Notes under the pieces: generated by a model
The model's input: the letters and a program-made list of their open reading frames with translations, nothing else
What the model was told of the DNA's origin: nothing
Database searches by the model: none
Translations under genes and position numbers: made by a program
Shown here: one piece after another, positions 9,876 to 20,256 of the stretch
Layout of the letters: each line of letters starts with the position of its first letter
Numbering within the stretch: the stretch's first letter is position 1
Assembly (NCBI GenBank): GCA_018830005.1
Contig: JAHJTE010000001.1
Span: forward strand, 257,332 to 321,331
DNA from: Candidatus Omnitrophota bacterium
GTDB lineage: Bacteria; Omnitrophota; Gorgyraeia; JAHJTE01
DNA length: 64,000 nt
Direction of reading: 5' to 3'

Positions 9876-10697
9876 ATGCTAATAATTCCTGCACTTTCCA
9901 TAATTATTCCTTCCCGAAACAGTTCTCGTAAAGAAATGAGCGATAAATTACTTTCTGATATCTCGAGGCAAAAAATAGATACCACAATAGAAATTCACCA
10001 GATTAAAGGGATTAGTACTGCCGGAAAAGCAAGGAATATAGGAGCGCAAAGGGCCAAAGGAGAGATCCTTATTTTCATTGATGATGATATTAGTATAGGA
10101 GACGATAAGGCGCTAACTAAACTAATAGAGCCTCTCATTGAGGATAAATCCATAGGCGCTACCTTTTCTGCTTTGCTTATTCCGTCAGATTCGTCGAGTT
10201 TCCAAAGGTCTTATGCAGATCAGATACCACGCTGTGAAATTCCGCCCGTAGATAAGACCACAGATGCCGGGGCAATGTCTACTCATTTTTGCGCAATAAG
10301 AAAAGATGTATTCTTTGGGGTAGGGCGATTTAATGAGAATTTAAAACGCGGCGAGGATCCGGAATTTTCCTTCCGCGCCAAAGGAAGAGAGCTTCGTTTG
10401 GTTCAGGTGGCAAACTTGATTTGTTTTCATGCTGTACCTAATAATTTAAGAGAAGTTGCGAGGCTGCACTTTAGAAACGGCGTCGCTTGTGCCTTTACCG
10501 ATAAGTACTATCCGCATCTAAATATTGATGTAGATCCGCAAAGCATACTAAATCCCGTAGGAAGGCAGATTCGGCTCTTTAGGGTGGGCAGATTCGTTTG
10601 TACTTTTTTTAGGTCAATTTTTAAAGGGCAATTTTTGCTCCTCCTTGCCAAGATAAGTTATATTGCAGGTTATTTTTTAGGCTGGATAAAGAAATGA
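9876..10697 (+). CDS. GT2-like glycosyltransferase (GT-A fold)
   Basis: Begins LSIIIPSRN; contains DDD and GED acidic motifs; C-terminal hydrophobic segment. Confidence 0.55.
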   Translation: MLIIPALSIIIPSRNSSRKEMSDKLLSDISRQKIDTTIEIHQIKGISTAGKARNIGAQRAKGEILIFIDDDISIGDDKALTKLIEPLIEDKSIGATFSALLIPSDSSSFQRSYADQIPRCEIPPVDKTTDAGAMSTHFCAIRKDVFFGVGRFNENLKRGEDPEFSFRAKGRELRLVQVANLICFHAVPNNLREVARLHFRNGVACAFTDKYYPHLNIDVDPQSILNPVGRQIRLFRVGRFVCTFFRSIFKGQFLLLLAKISYIAGYFLGWIKK

Positions 10698-12406
10698 AAG
10701 TTATCTTAATTCGTCCGCCATTTCCAGAACAAAATATGGCCATTCCCGCTGAGCCCTTAGGTTTAGCTTATCTAGCTGCATATCTTAAGAAGAATTTGCA
10801 AGATATAGATCTAGCTATAATTGATGCGAATACTCTTAATTTGTCAATTGAAGAAATTTTAGCTCAAATAAGAGATGTTGATGCTGTGGGTATCTCTTAC
10901 TTAACTGTGCAGGCGGACTTTGCTTATAGTTTATCTAAGAAAATTCGAGATAAGTTTCCTAAAGTTGCTATTATCCACGGTGGAGTGCATCCGACCTGTG
11001 TCTGGCAAGAGACTATGGATTTTTGCGATTATTGCGTATTAGGGGAAGGGGAGGTTACGTTAAGTGAACTCTTGCGTTGTTTAAGAGATAAAACTGATGC
11101 CAGAGAGGTTGAGGGAATCTGTTTTAAAAAAAATGGAAAAATTGTTAATACGCCAAGGCGTGAATTTATTTCCGATATAAATACAATACCTCATCCGGCA
11201 TGGGATTTGCTGGATATAGATAGATATAAGAATCACTCCATTCACGTAATGGCTGGCCAGGCGGTTGGTATTATGGCCTCTCGCGGCTGTCCGTTTAACT
11301 GTTCTTTTTGCGCATCTGCTCTTTTGTGGAAAAATAGAGTACGTTTTAGAGATCCACAGGATATAATCTTTGAAATAGAGCAAATTGTCAATAATTACAG
11401 GATAGATAAATTTCATTTCTACGATGATAATTTTCTCTTAAAAAAAGATTTTGTTTTCTCTCTGTGCGAAGAAATTCTAAAAAAAAAGTTACAAATTTTT
11501 TGGGTTTGCTTAGGGAGAATTTCTTCGATAGAGAGTTACCCGGATTTGTTGGACATAATGTATAAGGCCGGCTGCCGGGGGATAGAGTTAGGTATTGAGA
11601 GCTATGATGATGAGGTTCTAGAAAAAATCAGAAAAAAAGAGTCAACTGAACATATACCGCGAGTTTTTAATCTGCTTAAAGAAAAAAATATAAGCCCCCT
11701 GATGCTTCTAATGACATTTAATCCGGGTGAGACCATAACCGGATGGTATTATCAAGCGCTTAAACTTCGCCAAATTAATCCAGGGGCCGCAACATTTCTG
11801 GGACAATTTGCAACACCATATCCGGGTACAGAATTTGATAACACTTGCGCCAGAGATGGCTTAAAGCTCGTTACCGAATGGAAGGATTATTCTACAAGCC
11901 AGATAAACTTTTTGCCTTTTTCGCTTTTGAAAGACTCACCTAAGAAAACAACTGAGCGACTACAGCCTAAATTTTTGCTCAGAATAATCTACACTAGTTT
12001 AAATCATAATTTTTATTGGAAGAAGGCGAGTCTTTTTAAAAGACTAGAAGGTGCAGTTGTTTGGGCTAACTTTGTAATTTTTTTCTATCAAAAGTGCGGG
12101 CAAGGACCCTCTATTGAACAAATCGCCGGCCTGATGGGAGAGGAATTTAATCTGGATTTGAGATTAAGCCTAAAGGCAACGAGCTTTCTGACTGTGCTCA
12201 TGGCTCAGTTAGGCTTGATCCGCTCTGGAGGTTCAGAGAGGCAAGTCTCGCCATACGAAGAGGTCTTTAGTAAATTCAGAGTGTTTAAATATTTCTTTAA
12301 TCTGATTGCTATTATTCTATATTCGTTATCTGTAATTTCGCATAATGCCGTTAGAAGGGAAACCTTAGAGAGCAGAGATTTAATAATTTCACTTTTTGGA
12401 AAATAA
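10694..12406 (+). CDS. B12-binding-domain radical SAM protein
   Basis: N-terminal Rossmann-like cobalamin-binding domain (DAVGISYLT..., IIHGGVHPT) followed by the radical-SAM cluster motif C-P-F-N-C-S-F-C (C-x3-C-x2-C). 570 aa with a long C-terminal extension ending in a hydrophobic segment. Confidence 0.8.
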   Translation: MKVILIRPPFPEQNMAIPAEPLGLAYLAAYLKKNLQDIDLAIIDANTLNLSIEEILAQIRDVDAVGISYLTVQADFAYSLSKKIRDKFPKVAIIHGGVHPTCVWQETMDFCDYCVLGEGEVTLSELLRCLRDKTDAREVEGICFKKNGKIVNTPRREFISDINTIPHPAWDLLDIDRYKNHSIHVMAGQAVGIMASRGCPFNCSFCASALLWKNRVRFRDPQDIIFEIEQIVNNYRIDKFHFYDDNFLLKKDFVFSLCEEILKKKLQIFWVCLGRISSIESYPDLLDIMYKAGCRGIELGIESYDDEVLEKIRKKESTEHIPRVFNLLKEKNISPLMLLMTFNPGETITGWYYQALKLRQINPGAATFLGQFATPYPGTEFDNTCARDGLKLVTEWKDYSTSQINFLPFSLLKDSPKKTTERLQPKFLLRIIYTSLNHNFYWKKASLFKRLEGAVVWANFVIFFYQKCGQGPSIEQIAGLMGEEFNLDLRLSLKATSFLTVLMAQLGLIRSGGSERQVSPYEEVFSKFRVFKYFFNLIAIILYSLSVISHNAVRRETLESRDLIISLFGK

Positions 12407-12410
12407 GTTT

Positions 12411-13571
12411 ATGAAAAAAACGGACATTTTGTTTCTTACATTTGATTTTCCGCCTCAAGATGGGGGCATCTCTGTAATTATGAGCAGAATCTTCCGTTGT
12501 TTAGGAGAGAGAGCGCTAGTTTTAACTACAAATGTTTTTGGCGATAATGAAAGTAAGGGTTGCGAAACCAAGGCAAAAATTGTAAGGGAAAATTTTAATA
12601 TAAATGTGAATAATTTCAAATTATTGTTTGTAATATTTAAGGTTTTATTTAAGTCTTTAAGACTTCATGGAAAATTCAAGTTCAGGACCATATTAGTGGG
12701 GGAGGTATTCCCTTTAGGGCTTGTGGGGTTGTTTTTTAAATATTTTCTTAGAACTAATTTAGTTACATTTAGTCATGGCTCAGATTCGTTGTTTTCAAAA
12801 AATAAAATTAGAAATTATTTGGTAGGCATAGCCTATCGTAGTGCAGAGTATGTATTATGCTTCTCTGATTACACTAAAAATAACCTCTTAAAATGGAAGG
12901 TTAAAGAAGGAAGGATTAAAAAGATTTCTGCTGGGGTGGATACTGATCTTTTCAATCCTGAAGTAGACACCGCGCCAATAGAAAAAAGGTTTAATTTGAA
13001 AGACAAAAGAGTTATCTTGAGTGTGAATAGGCTGATAATTAGGAAAGGTATAGACACAGCAATAAAGTGTATGCCTCGTTTAATTAAAGAAGTCCCTTCA
13101 GTTTTCTATTTGATAGTAGGGGATGGCTCGGATAAAAAGCGCTTGGAAGATTTGGCCAAAGATCTTCATGTAGAAAATCATTGTTTGTTTGCCGGTAGCG
13201 TCAAGCAAGAGGATTTAGCCGTTTATTACTGCCTAAGCGAATTATTTTTAAATCTAGTGAGGGAAATAAAGAATCCTCTGGATCCCCAGACAGAAGGATT
13301 CGGCTTAATTAATATTGAGGCCGGCGCTTGTTCTAAGGCAGTAATTGCTGGGAAAACCGGTGGCGTAGTCGATGCGATAGAAGATAAAAGGACAGGTTTA
13401 CTTATCGACCCGTTAGATTTAGAGCAAATTACTAATGCCATTTTGCGGTTACTCAGAGACAGGCATTTTGCAAAAGAACTGGGAAAGAACGCTAGAGAGA
13501 AGGTTTTAAATGAGTTTAGGCTAGAGAATTTAAATCAGGATTTAGATAAAATATTACAAAATCTAAAATGA
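12411..13571 (+). CDS. glycosyltransferase GT4
   Basis: C-terminal EGFGLINIEAGACSKAVIAG (E-x-FG-x-x-x-EA motif). Paralog of the CDS at 20458-21606; both begin ..TFDFPP... The track start at 12396 is also possible. Confidence 0.8.
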   Translation: MKKTDILFLTFDFPPQDGGISVIMSRIFRCLGERALVLTTNVFGDNESKGCETKAKIVRENFNINVNNFKLLFVIFKVLFKSLRLHGKFKFRTILVGEVFPLGLVGLFFKYFLRTNLVTFSHGSDSLFSKNKIRNYLVGIAYRSAEYVLCFSDYTKNNLLKWKVKEGRIKKISAGVDTDLFNPEVDTAPIEKRFNLKDKRVILSVNRLIIRKGIDTAIKCMPRLIKEVPSVFYLIVGDGSDKKRLEDLAKDLHVENHCLFAGSVKQEDLAVYYCLSELFLNLVREIKNPLDPQTEGFGLINIEAGACSKAVIAGKTGGVVDAIEDKRTGLLIDPLDLEQITNAILRLLRDRHFAKELGKNAREKVLNEFRLENLNQDLDKILQNLK

Positions 13572-14512
13572 ATATTTCTATTGGCATAGTTAGCTGTAAT
13601 AATAGAGAAATACTTAGAAGATGTATAAAATCAATTTATGCTACTTGTCAAGATACTGATTTTGAAGTAATAGTTGTTGATAATAATTCTTCCGATAGAA
13701 GTCAAGAGATGCTTGTTGATGAATTTCCTGAAGTAAGAATAATAGAAAATAAACAAAATCTGGGTTTTGCCAAGTCAGTTAACCAAGCGATAAGGCAGGC
13801 GCGAGGAAAATTCCTATTTTTAGGAAATGAAGACATAATTTTTAGCCCCGACTGCCTCAGAAGCATGACTGAATATATGAAAGCTAACCCCAAGGTTGGG
13901 ATATTAGGACCAAAAATCATAAATGAAAAAGGCACAACGGAGATGTCTTTTAATAAAAAGTGTTCTAATATTATCCGCTGTATTTTGGATAATCTGTTTT
14001 TTTATTCTTATTTGCGCGCACATTTAGTTGAAAAATATCTTATAAAGAAATTTTCTCCTTTAGTTAAAAAAGGATTACAGGAGATCAAGCAGGTAGCCTG
14101 GGTTTCTGGTGCAGCTTTTCTCCTGCGTAAATCTGCAACAGAAAAAGTAGGTCTTATGGATGAAAGCTTTTTTATGTACTGTGAAGATGAGGATTTTGGT
14201 TGTCGGATGACAAACGCTGGTTGGCAAGTGCATTTCTTCCCCCGGGGAGTTATTACTCATTCGCGAGGAAGCAGCACTCAAAAAAGTCCGGTTAATTTTA
14301 CATTCGAAGCTACAAAGAGCCAGGTAATTTTTTACAGGAAAAGATATAATCGAATTGCTCTAGTCCTAGTAAAGGCGTTACTTTTTTATAGACTAACAGT
14401 GGAATTGGTATTTTTGTGCATTTACAGCTTATTTTCAAAAAACTTAAGGAAGTTAATAAGCAGAAAGCAAAAAAATTATATTTTTACTATTCATAAACTT
14501 TTTTTTATTTAA
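13568..14512 (+). CDS. glycosyltransferase GT2
   Basis: Begins ISIGIVSCNN with FEVIVVDNNSSD (D-x-D region) and a conserved C-terminal GT-A region. Confidence 0.8.
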   Translation: MNISIGIVSCNNREILRRCIKSIYATCQDTDFEVIVVDNNSSDRSQEMLVDEFPEVRIIENKQNLGFAKSVNQAIRQARGKFLFLGNEDIIFSPDCLRSMTEYMKANPKVGILGPKIINEKGTTEMSFNKKCSNIIRCILDNLFFYSYLRAHLVEKYLIKKFSPLVKKGLQEIKQVAWVSGAAFLLRKSATEKVGLMDESFFMYCEDEDFGCRMTNAGWQVHFFPRGVITHSRGSSTQKSPVNFTFEATKSQVIFYRKRYNRIALVLVKALLFYRLTVELVFLCIYSLFSKNLRKLISRKQKNYIFTIHKLFFI

Positions 14513-14525
14513 GGACTTAGAGTAA

Positions 14526-15476
14526 ATGGAAGAAGTTAAGTGTCTGATTTGTGATAGGAAAGAGACTAAGCATTATAGAAATATTAAGTGTTCTAAGCCT
14601 AGGCAGGTGAGTTTTACTCTCCTTCAGTGTAATGTTTGCGGATTGATATATTTAAATCCCCGGCCAGATAAGCGCGAGATGCAGGAATTCTATCCTTTTT
14701 GGCCAGAGGGCGGGGGCAGGCAAGAAGGAATTAAACTAGATTGGAAGTCAAAAAGAAAAAAAGTTAATTTACTAAGAAATATTTTAGCAAAAAGAGGCAA
14801 TGTGCTGGATATTGGAGCAGGCGCAGGTGAGTTTTTAAGCATTATGCAGGGGCTGGGTTGGCAGGCCTACGGCATAGAGTTTGCTAAAGTGACTTCCAAT
14901 TATGCCAGAGAAAAGCTTGCTTTAAACGTATTAAGCAAAGATCTTCTAGGGGCAAATTTTGAATCAGATTTTTTTGATTTAATTACTTTTTGGGATGTGA
15001 TTGAGCATCTACATAAGCCTAAAGAGACCTTGCTTGAGATTAATAGAATTTTAAAAAAGGAGGGGCTGTTGGTAATATCAGCTCCAAACATCGATAATCT
15101 ATGGGCTTATATTTTTAAAGATTATTGGTACACAAATTCGCCCCGGCATCTTTATCAGTTTAGCCCAAGGACTATCTTAAGGTTATTAGAGGGTGCCGAT
15201 TTTAAAGTAGTTAATATTATTCAGCGTGCCGGATTTTTTGAACCAGTAGGCTTTGTGGTAACTTTTAAGAATTGGCTCTTAGCTAGTTTAAGAGGGGATA
15301 GCCGTAACTTAAATTCAAGTTCGGCATTTGCTCAAGATGCTAGATTAAATAAACTCGCAAGCCCAATAAAGCAATTCATGCGTTTAATTTTGGAGGCAGC
15401 ATTTTTTCCATTTTCGCTAATAAGCGTATTGCTTGAGAAAGCTCCAAACATGATTATTTTTGCAAGAAAATGCTAG
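14526..15476 (+). CDS. class I SAM-dependent methyltransferase with N-terminal C4 zinc-ribbon
   Basis: Begins CLICDRKET...CNVCGLIYLNP (a Cys4 ribbon), followed by methyltransferase motif I LDIGAGAGEF and motif II LITFWDVIEHL. Confidence 0.7.
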   Translation: MEEVKCLICDRKETKHYRNIKCSKPRQVSFTLLQCNVCGLIYLNPRPDKREMQEFYPFWPEGGGRQEGIKLDWKSKRKKVNLLRNILAKRGNVLDIGAGAGEFLSIMQGLGWQAYGIEFAKVTSNYAREKLALNVLSKDLLGANFESDFFDLITFWDVIEHLHKPKETLLEINRILKKEGLLVISAPNIDNLWAYIFKDYWYTNSPRHLYQFSPRTILRLLEGADFKVVNIIQRAGFFEPVGFVVTFKNWLLASLRGDSRNLNSSSAFAQDARLNKLASPIKQFMRLILEAAFFPFSLISVLLEKAPNMIIFARKC

Positions 15477-16606
15477 ATAAACAGAATATCTTATACATAA
15501 CCGAATCTGCAGTGTTAGGTGGGGCTGAAATTAGCCTCTTTGAATTAATTACTAATCTTGATAGGGAAAGATTTAATCCCTTTATCATCTGTTCCGAAGA
15601 AGGTCCGTTAATAGAGAAATTCAATCAATGGCAGATTCCGAACGCAGTAATCCCTTTATATCGGGTACGCCAAATTAGCTTTTGGAGGTTTTTAAAGTCT
15701 GTAAAGGAGCTAGTCAAATTTTTAAAGACCAATGAGATTAAGCTTGTGCATACAAATAGTACTAGAGCAAATTTCCTTGGTGCCTTAGCTGCGAGGATAG
15801 TAAGAGTTCCTGTAGTTTGGCACGTGAGAAACCTAGTAGCCCCGAGCCTTTTTATAGATTTAGAAAAATATTTCACTTTTTTGCCTGCGGCGATTATTAC
15901 GAATTCGCATGCTACAGCAAAGAGGTTTCCTCATGCACAAAAGAAGGTAACCGTGATTTATAATGGCCTAGATCTTAGAGTCTTTAATCCCGGAATTAGT
16001 AAGGATACTTTACACAAGGAATTTAATATAAGCCTAAAGACAAAAATTGTCGCTGTTGTAGGAAGGTTGGGGCCGGGTAAAGGTCAAGAGGTATTTTTGC
16101 AGGCCGTATCTTTACTTAAAGAAAAGGTGCAAGATGTGAAGTTTTTTATTGTTGGGAGTGCTGGTTATGAAAAAGATGTCCCAATAGAGGAATCCCTAAA
16201 GACTCAGATAAAATCCTTGGGCCTTGAAAAAGATGTTATTTTTACTGGATTTCGTAAAGACAGATCCGAGGTTATGGCCTCAATTGATATATTGGTTAGC
16301 CCTGAGTCTATTACCGGTCAGGCATTTGGTAAGGTTTTGGCCGAGGCACAGGCAACAGGCGTGCCAGTTATCGTCACAGATGCTGGGGCAGCGTCGGAGG
16401 TAGTAGAGAAAGATGCAACTGGGATATTAGTTCCAATGAGGGATGCGACATCGCTTGCTGAGGCAATAAAATTTCTGTTGGATAATGAGGAATTATCTAA
16501 TAAGATGGGTCAAGCGGGTCGTGCTAGAGCAGAAAAATTATTCAATATTAAAGAAACGACCAAAGAGATTGAGCAAATTTATATTGATTTATTAAATAAG
16601 GCATAA
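15470..16606 (+). CDS. glycosyltransferase GT4
   Basis: Glycos_transf_1 C-terminal domain (SPESITGQAFGKVLAEAQATGVPVIVTD). Confidence 0.8.
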   Translation: MLDKQNILYITESAVLGGAEISLFELITNLDRERFNPFIICSEEGPLIEKFNQWQIPNAVIPLYRVRQISFWRFLKSVKELVKFLKTNEIKLVHTNSTRANFLGALAARIVRVPVVWHVRNLVAPSLFIDLEKYFTFLPAAIITNSHATAKRFPHAQKKVTVIYNGLDLRVFNPGISKDTLHKEFNISLKTKIVAVVGRLGPGKGQEVFLQAVSLLKEKVQDVKFFIVGSAGYEKDVPIEESLKTQIKSLGLEKDVIFTGFRKDRSEVMASIDILVSPESITGQAFGKVLAEAQATGVPVIVTDAGAASEVVEKDATGILVPMRDATSLAEAIKFLLDNEELSNKMGQAGRARAEKLFNIKETTKEIEQIYIDLLNKA

Positions 16607-16610
16607 CTTA

Positions 16611-18065
16611 ATGAACAGACTAAGGTTAATTATTAAAAATACCGCAGGTTTCCTTGGTTCGCTTATCTTTAATAGGTTTTTAAATTTTTTAGTAACAATT
16701 ATTCTAGTTCGTTATCTGGGCCCCAAAAACTTAGGTCAATATACTTTCGTCTTGACCTTTGCCGGTCTGTTTGCTCTGTTTTGCGATTTGGGTATTGGTC
16801 AGTTAGTAACCCGAGAGGTTAGCCAAGATAGGACGCGTGCAGGAAGTTTTCTAGGAAATTACCTTTCTCTACAACTGCTACTTTCTTCAGTTGTTGTGGT
16901 TGTAATGGTCATTGTTATAAACCATTTTCAATATCCACATATAATAAGGTTGGCACTTTATATCACTGGTCTGAATTTATTGGTTGTTTCTCTCGCGCAA
17001 CCTTTTTTCAATATTGCGATAGCCTTTGAGAAATTACGCTTCACAGCTATTGCGAGTATTATCGGCAATATTTTTTATTGTTTGAGTTTGCTGGCTGCCG
17101 TTTTCTTCCGCAAAGGTCTATTAATTTTAGTCTCGGTCAGCTTAGTAACCAGTATCTTAGAGTTTTTTTTGGTAGCATTTATATGTTCAAGATTCTGCGT
17201 CAAACCAATTTTTAAATTTAATAAACTTCTTTGGCTTACTGTGGCACGGTTTTTTCTTCCCTTTGCATTATATATTGTCTTTACTGGTCTTTACAGGCGC
17301 ATTGATATCGTAATGTTATCGAGAATGAAGACAGATATAGCTGTGGGTTTCTATGGCGCCGCCTATAAGATTATTTATTTATTTATTTTAATTCCCACAA
17401 GTTTTTCCAGGGCAGTATTTCCACTCTTAAGCCAGCAGGCAGCTGAGGATAGGATTAAACTTTCCCAGACTGTTTCCTGGTCCATGAAATATTTACTCGC
17501 TCTAGGCTTTCCTATAGCTATCATTGGAAGTTTTTTCTGCCGAGAGATAATATTGCTTCTTTTTGGCCCTGAGTTCCTGAATTCAGCCGTAGTTTTAAAT
17601 ATACTTATTTGGGTACTCGTTTTAGTCTTCTGGCATTCAATTTTAAGCCAGGCCCTAATTGCTATTAAAAATATGCTTGCAGTAGTCTCTGGTACAATAA
17701 TTGCTTTTATACTTAACGTAGGATTAAATTTCTTATTGATTCCTAAATATAGCTATGTGGGCGCAGCCGCCACTACCGTTTTTTCTGAACTTTTTATAGG
17801 GCTTTGGTTCTATTTATCTTTAAGAAAAATATTGCCTTTAAAGTATTCTTTATATGATTTCTTAAAGATTGTTATAGCTAGTTTAATTATGATTTTATTA
17901 TTTCAGCTTACGTATCAGTTTTATTTTTTAATTGTCATTACACTAGGGATTGTTTTCTATATAATTGCACTTTACCTGCTGCATTTTATAGGGCGAGGAG
18001 AGAGAGTACTTCTGAAGGAGGCGTTTGCTAGAAAAGATGGTTTGTTCAAAAGGGATGCGATTTAG
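16611..18065 (+). CDS. Wzx-like polysaccharide flippase (second copy, MOP family)
   Basis: 484 aa, about 12-14 TM segments; N-terminal LVRYLGPKNLGQYTFVLTFAGLFALFCDLGIGQ typical of the polysaccharide biosynthesis protein family. Confidence 0.7.
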   Translation: MNRLRLIIKNTAGFLGSLIFNRFLNFLVTIILVRYLGPKNLGQYTFVLTFAGLFALFCDLGIGQLVTREVSQDRTRAGSFLGNYLSLQLLLSSVVVVVMVIVINHFQYPHIIRLALYITGLNLLVVSLAQPFFNIAIAFEKLRFTAIASIIGNIFYCLSLLAAVFFRKGLLILVSVSLVTSILEFFLVAFICSRFCVKPIFKFNKLLWLTVARFFLPFALYIVFTGLYRRIDIVMLSRMKTDIAVGFYGAAYKIIYLFILIPTSFSRAVFPLLSQQAAEDRIKLSQTVSWSMKYLLALGFPIAIIGSFFCREIILLLFGPEFLNSAVVLNILIWVLVLVFWHSILSQALIAIKNMLAVVSGTIIAFILNVGLNFLLIPKYSYVGAAATTVFSELFIGLWFYLSLRKILPLKYSLYDFLKIVIASLIMILLFQLTYQFYFLIVITLGIVFYIIALYLLHFIGRGERVLLKEAFARKDGLFKRDAI

Positions 18066-19209
18066 AAGCATAGCTCGTAATATAAAGAAACTCTATTATA
18101 TAGTTTTGGGCCTTTTTGGCGATATGCTATTTTTCTTAATGCGTATTTTAAGGATAATTTCTAAGCCGAAACCTTTTTTGTCTGAAAATATTAAGAGAAT
18201 TTTAGTAATTCGTCTAGATCGAATTGGAGATGTGGCTTTAACTACCCCGGCACTCAGGGCCTTACGTGAAAGTTTTACTCATGCAAAAATTTATCTTTTG
18301 ACACGTTCCTATGCTAAGGATTTAGTCGTAGGAAACACTGATATTGATGAGCTTTTAATTTTTGATGATAAGACGTCATTTTTTATTGAGATAATGAAAA
18401 AGGCAAAGGTCTTGAAAGGTAAAAAATTTGATTTGGCCATAGTCCTAAACCCTAATTTTTGGTCAAATTTTCTTAGTTTTGCGGGTGGAGCTATACACAG
18501 AGTAGGTTATGATGTAGCAGGATCAGGCTTTTTTTTGACGAAGAAAATCCAGGATAGGCGAGCGCAATATCCACGTCATGAAGTCGAAGTAAATCTTGAG
18601 GTAGTAGGTTCGATAGGTGCACATACCAATGATAAGAGTTTGGTAATATCTATAAGCAAAGAGGGGGAAAGTTTTGCTCAAGACTTTTTAAAGAATAATA
18701 ATATAAGTTATGGTGATGCATTAGTTGCCATACATGCAGGCGGCTTTTATCATTATACGCGTTGGCCAGCAGAGAACTTTGCTAAAGTTTGCGATTATCT
18801 AATTGAAAGATATAATGCAAAGCCGATTTTAGTAGGGAGTGCTTCTGAGCGATTTTTGTCAGAAAAAATCGTATCGCTTATGAAGAATCCCCCTATTGTT
18901 GCTGTGGGCAATACTAATCTAACCGGGCTTATTAGTTTGACTAAAAGATGTAAGTTATTTATTGGCAATTCTTCTGGGCCGATGCACATCGCCGCAGCCT
19001 TAAGGATTCCCGTTGTGGGTATTTTTGGAAATATAAGTCCTGTAGATAGCTTCAAGAATTGGGGACCCTGGGGAGAGGGCCACGTGATAGTTAGCAAGAA
19101 CTTAGACTGCACAAATTGCCAACCGGCTGATTGTTTAAGCCTTGATTGTATGCAATTAATAACGGTAGAGGATGTGCTAAAGGCAGTTGAGGAGCAGCTT
19201 GGGAAATAA
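18037..19209 (+). CDS. glycosyltransferase family 9 (heptosyltransferase-like)
   Basis: Contains ILVIRLDRIGDVALTTPALRALRE (the GT9 N-terminal signature) and C-terminal GNSSGPMHIAAAL. The start is uncertain: candidates are ATG 18037, TTG 18025 and ATG 18055, and there is an unusual N-terminal extension of about 50 aa. Confidence 0.75.
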   Translation: MVCSKGMRFRSIARNIKKLYYIVLGLFGDMLFFLMRILRIISKPKPFLSENIKRILVIRLDRIGDVALTTPALRALRESFTHAKIYLLTRSYAKDLVVGNTDIDELLIFDDKTSFFIEIMKKAKVLKGKKFDLAIVLNPNFWSNFLSFAGGAIHRVGYDVAGSGFFLTKKIQDRRAQYPRHEVEVNLEVVGSIGAHTNDKSLVISISKEGESFAQDFLKNNNISYGDALVAIHAGGFYHYTRWPAENFAKVCDYLIERYNAKPILVGSASERFLSEKIVSLMKNPPIVAVGNTNLTGLISLTKRCKLFIGNSSGPMHIAAALRIPVVGIFGNISPVDSFKNWGPWGEGHVIVSKNLDCTNCQPADCLSLDCMQLITVEDVLKAVEEQLGK

Positions 19210-20242
19210 ATTGAAGAAAATCACGGACATAAACAGTATCCTATTAGTAAATCTTGGTGGCATTGGCGATATACTTTTATCCATACCTGCGCTTAGGGCA
19301 CTGCGTGGCTTTTATAAAAAATCCACCATAACATTATTAACAACACCACGCTCTGTGGATTTGATGAAAGATTATCCCTACATAGATAAGATTATCCTTT
19401 TTAATCCAGGATTATGGCAAAAATTAAAACTGGTTTTTATTTTAAGCAGACTTCATTTTGACCTAGCAATAAATATGAGATCCTTAACTTCTTACTTAAG
19501 CAGTCTTAAGATGGCATCTTTATTTTTATTAGCTGGTGCAACTTACCGTGTTGGCCGAGATACCAATGCAAGGGGTTTCTTCTTAAATGAAAAAATTCCA
19601 GAGGACGATATTGCACAAATGCACGATATAGATTATTATTTCGAAATATTCAAGGTTTTGGGAGTAGAAGGTGAAGGTAGAAATATAGACTTAAAAGTTA
19701 ATCATGAAGATGCTAAATTTATTGATAGATTTCTGCTAGATAACGATGTTGGCCAAAATGATATTTTGATTGGCATAAATCCGGGTGGTACTTGGCCAAC
19801 GCGGCGTTGGCCAATAGAGAATTTTGTTAAACTAATTGAGTTATTGAGAAAAGAAAAAGACTTTAAAATAATAATTACCGGAGGCAAAAAAGAGCTAGAT
19901 TTGGCAATAAAATTAGTGAGCCTATCTAAGGTTGGTATCATTAATGCCACTAATAAGACGAATGTTGGCCAGCTTATGGCATTAATTAAAAGATGCAATG
20001 TCTTTATTTCCAATGACGCTGGCCCGATGCATTTAGCTGCTGCCTTAGCTACTCCTTTAATTGCTTTGTTTGGCCCCGGGGATATTACTCGCTATGACCC
20101 GCGTCGAATATCAGAAAAGGCAGTTGTATTTTATAATAAAGTCGATTGTGCGCCTTGTTTTAAGGTTAGATGCAGTTCTATGAATTGTTTTTCATCCCTG
20201 AGGCCTGAGGAAATATCTAAGGCGGCTTTAAAATTAGTATGA
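19187..20242 (+). CDS. glycosyltransferase family 9 (heptosyltransferase-like), tandem paralog
   Basis: Contains ILLVNLGGIGDILLSIPALRALR and C-terminal SNDAGPMHLAAAL. There is no in-frame ATG before the conserved motif, so a TTG start is required (19187, 19199 or 19211). Confidence 0.75.
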   Translation: MRSSLGNKLKKITDINSILLVNLGGIGDILLSIPALRALRGFYKKSTITLLTTPRSVDLMKDYPYIDKIILFNPGLWQKLKLVFILSRLHFDLAINMRSLTSYLSSLKMASLFLLAGATYRVGRDTNARGFFLNEKIPEDDIAQMHDIDYYFEIFKVLGVEGEGRNIDLKVNHEDAKFIDRFLLDNDVGQNDILIGINPGGTWPTRRWPIENFVKLIELLRKEKDFKIIITGGKKELDLAIKLVSLSKVGIINATNKTNVGQLMALIKRCNVFISNDAGPMHLAAALATPLIALFGPGDITRYDPRRISEKAVVFYNKVDCAPCFKVRCSSMNCFSSLRPEEISKAALKLV

Positions 20243-20256
20243 AAATAATATTTAAT

